This document shows positions 57,831 to 64,000 of a stretch of DNA of 64,000 nt, one piece after another. Origin of the DNA: a virus (taxonomy: Duplodnaviria > Heunggongvirae > Uroviricota > Caudoviricetes > Ackermannviridae); IMG/VR virus record IMGVR_UViG_2974546594_000001, positions 57,536 to 121,535 of that record; one strand, 5' to 3'. The notes below the pieces were generated by a model that ran no database searches, was not told the origin of the DNA, and saw nothing but the letters and a program-made list of their open reading frames with translations. Both the position numbers and the translations under genes were made by a program. How positions within the stretch are numbered: the stretch's first letter is position 1; each line of letters opens with the position of its first letter.

Positions 57831-59456
57831 TCATGCGCCTTTACCACCAAAATTGCCGCCGTTATCCTCTAACTCCGGTTTTATATCAATTGGACCTGGG
57901 CCTGTAGTTGTTACAGGAGTTGCCCCCGCACGTGAGGCGGCGCGGCCAGCGCCTTCAGCATATTTGATGTTGCCTTCAATAGTCTGTGCAACCGATAATT
58001 TATCACAAATTATTTCAGTTGCCAGTATCTTAGGAACCTTCAAAGTGTTAGACACTTCAAACATTTCACAGATGAGACGCAACACGTTCTGTGCCTGTAT
58101 CTCAGCCAATTGGGAAAATTTCATCAACGCTGTTCCAGCGACCACATTGGAATAGTTAGAAGAGTGTAAGTGGTAAACTTCTCCTTTCTTGCGCTGTACT
58201 TCAGTCCCACCAATTGTCAGGTTATGATCACCCCCCACATAATAACGTTTGTCGAACATCGTCAGGTCATAATGATCTTTGACTGATTTATTAACAACAT
58301 CACCGTCAGGAAGCATTTGCTTGTAAGACCCAGAAGAGTGCATCCAATGCAAACGTTCCCCGCCTGGAGTGTCATCGACCTCCATAATATGCCCAGCTCG
58401 AGAAGCCATAACATTGTTGTATGGATAACGAGACCCTCCAGCCGAAGGAACCGATACCTCTCCTGTGTTGTCAATATCCTGAACACGACCAGAAGGAGGC
58501 GGTGTTTCTTGGACTTTCGGGGTACGATCTGGAATAGGTTCAGACCATTTACCGTTTTGTTGTGCCGGAGCTGCTGAAGCTGTAGTTGCTGGACCTGGCC
58601 AACGATAACCCAACACGGATGAGCGGCTAAAACGACTCACCTTCACAGAATCGGATTGGTTTCCCCCGATACACCAAACGTAGTTGGCGTCAAATTTCTG
58701 AACGAATGCAACGTGACCGAATGTCGGGTTGTTCCCGCGCCGGAACACTACAACAGCGCCGTAACGTGGTTCTGACAGAGGAGACCCCCATTGTAAATAT
58801 GAACGAGCCAAAGCAGAACGTGTTGATGTATATCCGGCCTGTATCAGAACCCATCCAACAAACGACGCACACCAACTAACTTCATCTTCCGAAGCGCCCA
58901 AAGATGTTGTCTTGTGATATTCCAAAATCCTTGGGTTATTATTGAATTTGCCAGAATATTCTTTGACACCTAATTCACCACGAGCCACTGTCATCCATTT
59001 CTCGGGATCATAACCGTCCACAGGCGGTTGAGGTTCTGGTTGTGGGTCGTCTTCAATCTTGACAGGAACATTTTCAACGGCGTTATATTTCTGTCTTTCT
59101 ATAGATTGAACAACCTGGCCCAGCGCCAACGGGTTTGTGTCTGAACCATCCGTTGGTGTCGCCGCTGGCCAAACCCAGGCGATACGAATATTTTGGTATG
59201 CTTCATCCAAAGCAAACCCCATGACGTCAGAGCCGACAGTGATACCCGTCGGAGACCAGCCTAAACCTGCCGAGGAGGCGTTAGATGCTGGCATAAGCAT
59301 TTTACCCCAAGGCAATAATTCGGTAGGCAGAAGAGTGGTATCCTCCGTGTGTACCCCATAGATGCGTACTGCGACGCGCCCGTTTTGATCGGGATCATTC
59401 ACGTCTTCAACGCGCCCGTAAAACCAACGCAAGTTGTCTAACATATTGAAACCCAT
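57831..59456 (-). CDS. 5: baseplate central spike gp5 homologue with a CHAP-domain peptidase instead of a lysozyme domain
   Basis: N-terminal OB domain NLRWFYGRVEDVNDPDQNGRVAVRIYGVH like T4 gp5. Central CHAP motif pair SWCASFV ... GHVAFV. C-terminal beta-rich region with a Gly-rich tip. Confidence 0.7.
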   Translation of the reverse strand: MGFNMLDNLRWFYGRVEDVNDPDQNGRVAVRIYGVHTEDTTLLPTELLPWGKMLMPASNASSAGLGWSPTGITVGSDVMGFALDEAYQNIRIAWVWPAATPTDGSDTNPLALGQVVQSIERQKYNAVENVPVKIEDDPQPEPQPPVDGYDPEKWMTVARGELGVKEYSGKFNNNPRILEYHKTTSLGASEDEVSWCASFVGWVLIQAGYTSTRSALARSYLQWGSPLSEPRYGAVVVFRRGNNPTFGHVAFVQKFDANYVWCIGGNQSDSVKVSRFSRSSVLGYRWPGPATTASAAPAQQNGKWSEPIPDRTPKVQETPPPSGRVQDIDNTGEVSVPSAGGSRYPYNNVMASRAGHIMEVDDTPGGERLHWMHSSGSYKQMLPDGDVVNKSVKDHYDLTMFDKRYYVGGDHNLTIGGTEVQRKKGEVYHLHSSNYSNVVAGTALMKFSQLAEIQAQNVLRLICEMFEVSNTLKVPKILATEIICDKLSVAQTIEGNIKYAEGAGRAASRAGATPVTTTGPGPIDIKPELEDNGGNFGGKGA

Positions 59457-59504
59457 TAGTCAATTAGAATCATGTGATATTTATGGCGGGGATTTGAAAT
59501 CTGT

Positions 59505-59532
59505 CGAATAATATATTATAGGAAGCTCTGCT
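59505..59532 (-). promoter_or_regulatory. putative sigma70-type promoter for the gp5 gene (reverse strand -35 GTTGAA, 16-nt spacer, -10 TATAAT)
   Basis: Read on the reverse strand: AGGTTGAACGGAAGCAGAGCTTCCTATAAT. Confidence 0.4.
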
Positions 59533-59784
59533 TCCGTTCAACCTTTATTCTTTTCGTTCCTACTCGCTGAAGCTCGTAACACCGCCTTGACAGGCAGTCC
59601 CATTCCAATGCCATGGAGGCATAAAGGCGAGGAAAATACTGTACACCTCAGAACATGCGTAGAAAAGGATTATTTTTGCTTCAAAACAAATTCAAACCCC
59701 AATTACACAACACTTACTTCAGCAACAACGGTGTTATAGCAATTTAAGGTTAAACGTTCCTGTCTTAACCTATAAAACAGGTAA

Positions 59785-59813
59785 GCAAAGAAAACCCCAC
59801 ATTACGTGGGGTT
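59785..59813 (-). terminator. reverse-strand terminator after the 59963-60769 gene (AACCCCACGTAATGTGGGGTT + TTTCTTT)
   Basis: Perfect 8-bp stem with a T-run on the reverse strand. Confidence 0.75.
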
Positions 59814-59962
59814 GGAAGATTTCTTAGACAATCTAATTTTCAGTGTCTCAGTAAGCAAATCAAGATGCCACGGCATCGATTCACTGATTTCAAATATGCT
59901 ATAGCCGTGTGCCTTTAATTCGTCACACATCACAAAATAGGAGAGTAAATCAATTTCAAAAA

Positions 59963-60769
59963 TTAAATGAAAATCTCGGTGACACTGTTAAATTTGACTT
60001 CGTGTTCTTTCCCACACGAAGGGCATTTAATTTTTGTCGCGTAACGAATACGCGGAATCTTTTTAAAGAAATCATTCGAAATGTCCTGAACAATCTCAGA
60101 TTCAATATTGTCCCCGACCCATTTGACAAATTCATCCTTAATGCGTTGGCGTTCTTTAGCAACTTCTGGATCGATACCAGGTTCAGCCGGATTTTCCACC
60201 TTCCAAACCTGACCATCGTCGTCATACAGACAATCGATAAAGGTGGCAATCATTTGTTCAACAGAGGATGCTTCATTAAGCACTGAGGCATCCGAGAAGG
60301 ACGGCTGGCGCATCTTTATATGATAACCACCTGGTAGATCAAACGTCTCCCTGAAGCCTTCTGGGGACACGCATTTTACTTGATTGAGCGGGATCGGTAA
60401 CACAAGCTCTTGACCACAATCTTTAAGGCCAGAAACTGGTTCTTCACCACCTTCATTGGTTTCGGCTTGAACTTTGTTATTACATTTGTAACGTATCTTC
60501 ATGACCTCGCCGATAGATATACAGCGCATCTTTAAAAATACTTCTTCAGTAACACCGATTGGCAGTTTACTAAAGGGAACGCCAGCATCAACACAACTGT
60601 CAAATAGTTGCTCCAATGTTGCCACGCGCTCACTCATAGGAGTGTTCGGATCAGCAACCTGAAGTAACATGGTCTGTTGCCCTGCTGTAAAGGCGCGGTA
60701 TTTGATCACAGTCGGCCAGAAATCACTTTTATGTGTTCTCTCAGTTTTGGGCAATGATGGTAAATTCAT
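59963..60769 (-). CDS. hypothetical baseplate-module protein with a C-terminal CxxC zinc-ribbon (268 aa)
   Basis: Strong reverse-strand SD GGAGA. CPSCGKEH at the C-terminus. Upstream of gp5. Confidence 0.6.
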   Translation of the reverse strand: MNLPSLPKTERTHKSDFWPTVIKYRAFTAGQQTMLLQVADPNTPMSERVATLEQLFDSCVDAGVPFSKLPIGVTEEVFLKMRCISIGEVMKIRYKCNNKVQAETNEGGEEPVSGLKDCGQELVLPIPLNQVKCVSPEGFRETFDLPGGYHIKMRQPSFSDASVLNEASSVEQMIATFIDCLYDDDGQVWKVENPAEPGIDPEVAKERQRIKDEFVKWVGDNIESEIVQDISNDFFKKIPRIRYATKIKCPSCGKEHEVKFNSVTEIFI

Positions 60770-60818
60770 AATGTATCTCCACGGTATATTGTAATTGTAT
60801 TTATAACGAGGACTGAAA

Positions 60819-61343
60819 ATGCACGCGTTCTGTTTCAGTAAAGTGGGGGAGCAACTCGCAATTAATTATCCGGATGCAAACACGGACTTTTTTGTATTAC
60901 TCACAGATTTTGCAAATAAATTGGGGATAAAGAATGTCGCCATGACCGTGTCCGATATGAAATTCGGGTGGCTGGGAGTTAAAGATTTATTGAATTATGG
61001 ATTCAATGTGATTATCGTTGATCCAACGTACAGCCCAATTGACGAGGAAGATGTTATTCCAGTTTGGGTTCAACGAGACATAAACACTCTGGATAAGCAT
61101 TATCCCGATTGTGTCATCATTGGCGAATTAATACCGTATTTTCATAAACGTCGTCGCCTTGAAACAATTAAAAGTTATTTTCAAGATAATGATTGTGGAT
61201 ATAAAATGGATGTCCTTACGAGCGGTTGGGTTGTGAAGAATACCACAGGCAATGCCGACCGAATTACTTCTCGTCTTTATGAATATGTTAAAGAACGGGA
61301 TTATGAACTGGAGAACAATAATGCCAAACGTAGAACGCGCTGA
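60819..61343 (+). CDS. hypothetical protein (174 aa)
   Basis: Long ORF. No motifs. Confidence 0.5.
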   Translation: MHAFCFSKVGEQLAINYPDANTDFFVLLTDFANKLGIKNVAMTVSDMKFGWLGVKDLLNYGFNVIIVDPTYSPIDEEDVIPVWVQRDINTLDKHYPDCVIIGELIPYFHKRRRLETIKSYFQDNDCGYKMDVLTSGWVVKNTTGNADRITSRLYEYVKERDYELENNNAKRRTR

Positions 61344-61806
61344 TATTCAGCAGGTACAAGACGTCATCCTTCAACGCCTTCGCGCTGTGATCACAAATGA
61401 AAAGGGAGAAATTGCGCCAGGGTTTGAAGGCGCATTCGACGGTTTCGTTGCTGATGATCAGGGGAACCCCGTTGTACAAACGATCGCTGGCATGATTATG
61501 CTGAATAGCGAATTTATGGCTGATGGTAAAATCCATTATTCGCCCAATCTCAGTGTTGACGGAGAATCTTTGGCTTCCGAAGTGGTTGATTTAACGGTTG
61601 CCGTTGGTGAGTTGGGTTATGTTTTGATGGTTTGCACCGCGCATTATGTGGACGCCAACGGCCATGTGTCATATGGTGATGAAGCGCGGGGGATCAAACG
61701 TCATGTGGACACTTCTGCATTACTGCAACAGATACGTCAGATGCAAGAAGAAATGGACTCCAAACCTCGCCTGATTTTACCGGAAAGCAAAATCGTCACC
61801 AGATAA
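61321..61806 (+). CDS. hypothetical protein (161 aa)
   Basis: SD GGAGA. Overlaps the previous gene by 23 nt. Confidence 0.5.
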   Translation: MPNVERADIQQVQDVILQRLRAVITNEKGEIAPGFEGAFDGFVADDQGNPVVQTIAGMIMLNSEFMADGKIHYSPNLSVDGESLASEVVDLTVAVGELGYVLMVCTAHYVDANGHVSYGDEARGIKRHVDTSALLQQIRQMQEEMDSKPRLILPESKIVTR

Positions 61807-61815
61807 TCCGGTCTA

Positions 61816-61855
61816 AATACCCATAACACAATGAAACTTCGTTATGGGTATTTTT
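61816..61855 (+). terminator. rho-independent terminator immediately before the start at 61856
   Basis: TACCCATAAC-(13-nt loop)-GTTATGGGTA + TTTTT. Confidence 0.75.
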
Positions 61856-62455
61856 ATGAAATTTTGCGGAATCGACTATTCTTACGGCTGTCCAGCCATG
61901 TGCTTCTGGGACGACAAAGATCCTCTGGATTTTGATCATCTTCATTTCTATGCACATCATACCGTTGAGAAGCACTGTCGTCAAGTGCGACACAATATTC
62001 TTATTTTACGTCAACCCAAATATGAATCCCCCGAAGAACGGTTTTATAACATTTCCAAATGGGCTGAAGCCGTACTTCTTACAGAGAAGCCGGATTTCAT
62101 CACCCTAGAAGGCTATGCTATGGGGAATTCAAAAAACTCCAACAACATATGCCAAACCGCCGAGAACACATCTCTATTGAAACAAGCGATGCGCCGTAAC
62201 AATATGGAATTTCAGATTGTTACCCCGTCTTTTGTTAAGAAACATTTTTGTGGTAAAGGAAATGCCGACAAATTGGTCATGATAGATCACTTTGAGAAGC
62301 TGTTCAACGTTAAGATGCGCGGTATAATGGACATGTTGGATGTGAAGGATCCAAAGCCAATCGATGACCTCGTGGATTCGTTTGCAAATATGGTTTCTGG
62401 TCCTTACTTCATAGAAAATTATCCTGATTTCAATAGAGGTGTAAGAAATGATTAA
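61856..62455 (+). CDS. putative RuvC/YqgF-like (RNase H fold) nuclease, candidate Holliday-junction resolvase
   Basis: N-terminal CGIDYSYG (D near position 7), ITLEGYAMGNS, NADKLVMIDHFE are loosely RuvC-like. Confidence 0.3.
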   Translation: MKFCGIDYSYGCPAMCFWDDKDPLDFDHLHFYAHHTVEKHCRQVRHNILILRQPKYESPEERFYNISKWAEAVLLTEKPDFITLEGYAMGNSKNSNNICQTAENTSLLKQAMRRNNMEFQIVTPSFVKKHFCGKGNADKLVMIDHFEKLFNVKMRGIMDMLDVKDPKPIDDLVDSFANMVSGPYFIENYPDFNRGVRND

Positions 62456-62744
62456 CTACTGGCTGCTGGCAGATATACTGCTTTTCGCCTTGCTGTTGAT
62501 GACGGCGTTTGTTTGGATTAAGGGATTCTTGACATTCCTTCATTCATTAAGTGCCATGGTATCTTTCTATGCGGTTTCACCACATAGTGACGTCAATGTA
62601 AGAGCTGCAAATCAATCTGATATGTTGGCCGAATATGTTTTGCTGCGTGATAAAGCAAGCAGGATTGTCCTGTTTTCTACGCTGGTGGGAGCAGTTATTA
62701 TATTTCTACGACACGTATTGGAGGCGATTCATGCCGTTTTATGA
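62448..62744 (+). CDS. membrane protein with two TM helices (98 aa)
   Basis: LLADILLFALLLMTAFVWI and IVLFSTLVGAVIIFL. Confidence 0.5.
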   Translation: MINYWLLADILLFALLLMTAFVWIKGFLTFLHSLSAMVSFYAVSPHSDVNVRAANQSDMLAEYVLLRDKASRIVLFSTLVGAVIIFLRHVLEAIHAVL

Positions 62745-62976
62745 TTATGCCTGTACAGGTTGTGGAAATTCGTTTAGTGCTCGAAAATCTTGTGCTGAAC
62801 GTCACACGCCTGAATTAGAGCCATGTTCTGAATGTGGCGGCGAAATAAAAATGATTATCGGAGCACCAAAGATCGTATCTGGTGTTCGTGGTCCTCAGTC
62901 CGCGCCTGATGGCTTCAAAGACGTTTTGCGTCATATTAAGAAGCAATCAGGGAAGGGGAATACAATCGATGTCTGA
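62731..62976 (+). CDS. FmdB-family zinc-ribbon protein
   Basis: MPFYDYACTGCGNSF...CSECGG is the FmdB signature. SD GGAGG. Confidence 0.6.
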   Translation: MPFYDYACTGCGNSFSARKSCAERHTPELEPCSECGGEIKMIIGAPKIVSGVRGPQSAPDGFKDVLRHIKKQSGKGNTIDV

Positions 62977-63211
62977 TCAACAAATAGCACAAGTGCTCAC
63001 ACCAGATTCTTTTTCCGAATTGGTGTTGATGAGAGCAAGCCAACGCAAGGAATCAATCCTTGAAACGATGGCCAGTGTTTGTGAAGAGTATGACATCGAA
63101 GAAGCAAAGGTCAAAAAATTGATCACGCCTCCTCTTCTGTCAAGGCTAACAGCTGAATGTTCTGATGCTCGGTTGTTGAAGGGTGAATTGAAATCTAAAA
63201 AACTCATTTAA
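62969..63211 (+). CDS. hypothetical protein (80 aa)
   Basis: SD GGAAGGGG. Confidence 0.45.
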   Translation: MSDQQIAQVLTPDSFSELVLMRASQRKESILETMASVCEEYDIEEAKVKKLITPPLLSRLTAECSDARLLKGELKSKKLI

Positions 63212-63220
63212 GGTTGTAAC

Positions 63221-63460
63221 ATGAGCAAAGAGCAAATCTATAAAATGTTGAAGGCGCAAGAGTATCTGCCAGGTTCTATCCGCTGGCGGCACGGTAGCCT
63301 CAATGAACATGCTGATGATATGGATCGTGTACGTTACACGACGCCGGAAGGTAAATCCTATGTCATCGAATACCATACATTCTTGGAAGGGCACAAAACC
63401 TTCTCAGATGTGTACGATATTATTGAAATAGACCCAGCAAAACAAATGATTGCGGGTTAA
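63221..63460 (+). CDS. hypothetical protein (79 aa)
   Basis: Compact ORF. Confidence 0.45.
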   Translation: MSKEQIYKMLKAQEYLPGSIRWRHGSLNEHADDMDRVRYTTPEGKSYVIEYHTFLEGHKTFSDVYDIIEIDPAKQMIAG

Positions 63461-63556
63461 CTCAATAGCAAAACGCAGTATAATTACACCGTCGGAATAA
63501 TTGACAAATACATTTACAGAATAGCCCGAAGGGGCGGATTATAGAGGAATATTAAA

Positions 63557-64000
63557 ATGGGTAATTTATTTGATCGTCTTAAACAATCTCGTGGCCAACA
63601 AGCCGAAGCTATGCAACAGCGACTCGCTCAGCAAGGCCAGCGTGTTGGTGGCGGTCGTGACCCGCGCATCTGGAAGTGGACCTGGAATGACAAGGGTACT
63701 TCTGAAAACATCATTCGTTTCCTGCCGATCCCTTTGGTGGACATGAAGGCTCAAGAAGAAGGCACCATCCCTGAAGATGCTGTGTTAACTCCGTGTGCCA
63801 TGATCATGAAACACGCATTCCAGGGCGCTGGTGGTTGGTATATCGAAAACTCTCCTCAGACTTTCGGTAACGATGATCCTGTTCGTGACCATGACCGTCC
63901 TTTGTGGGCACAACAGAAAGAAACGAATGATGAAAAGCTGAAAACAGTTCTCAAAAAACGTCTGCCGGACACCAAATACTACGCCAACATCCTGGTGATC
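63557..64000 (+). CDS. 32: ssDNA-binding protein gp32, N-terminal part (continues beyond the window; not in the ORF track)
   Basis: SD AGAGGAA. IRFLP, GWYIENS, KYYANILVI match T4 gp32 (IRFLP, KWYIETC, SYWANILVV). Confidence 0.85.
   Translation, partial: MGNLFDRLKQSRGQQAEAMQQRLAQQGQRVGGGRDPRIWKWTWNDKGTSENIIRFLPIPLVDMKAQEEGTIPEDAVLTPCAMIMKHAFQGAGGWYIENSPQTFGNDDPVRDHDRPLWAQQKETNDEKLKTVLKKRLPDTKYYANILVI

Noticed and set aside
59537-59700. Small ORFs (30-45 aa) on both strands in the gp5 upstream gap
   Set aside because: No ribosome-binding sites. Region is better explained as structured noncoding RNA or regulatory DNA.
1-64000. tRNA genes, CRISPR arrays, integrase or transposase
   Set aside because: No T-loop (GTTCGAATC-like) or cloverleaf candidates in the intergenic regions. 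No direct-repeat arrays. No recombinase motifs.

Overview
This window is a 64 kb segment of a T4-like (Straboviridae-type) myovirus genome, coding almost entirely on the + strand, with recognisable T4 core genes but strongly rearranged synteny. From the left edge the T4 order is kept for the head module: the 3' part of portal gene 20, then 67, 68, 21 (prohead protease), 22 (scaffold) and 23 (major capsid). A hyperplastic block of small ORFs follows. Next come a lipoprotein gene on the minus strand and a tail-tube-fold protein gene. The recombination and replication block is uvsW, 45 (sliding clamp), 44/62 (clamp loader) and regA. Where T4 has DNA polymerase gene 43, this window instead has a MazG-like ORF, a 402-aa unknown and a 672-aa unknown. 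After that sit a vWA-domain protein followed by an acyl-carrier-like protein whose active-site Ser is replaced by Asp. A roughly 6.5 kb accessory island of small genes follows. It includes an ADP-ribosyltransferase-like protein, a ParB-like nuclease, two secreted proteins, and an operon of a LysM protein, a small membrane protein and an SPFH lipoprotein. Further right are an HU-like protein, a DinG/XPD-like helicase, a cellular-type RNase HI, a GIY-YIG/NUMOD3 homing endonuclease, 55 (late sigma), 47/46 (Mre11/Rad50-like), a secreted SLT-like transglycosylase, an 805-aa unknown, primase 61, an endolysin, phoH, and an HNH homing endonuclease upstream of nrdA/nrdB with a glutaredoxin. On the minus strand lie baseplate genes: gp25-like, and a gp5 homologue that carries a CHAP peptidase domain. 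The 5' part of gene 32 (ssDNA-binding protein) runs off the right edge. Regulatory content is rich. PeSL-like cassettes (terminator hairpin plus an early promoter GTTTAC-N17-TATAAT with a conserved TTCTTCAATAA spacer) recur many times. A second recurring element is a GC hairpin (GGCGGGG...CCCCGCC) followed by TTTGAAATG and an extended translation-initiation region AGGAACTAYATCATG, seen at about 9 genes. No tRNA or CRISPR was found. All function calls rest on motif-level reading of the translations, not on database searches.
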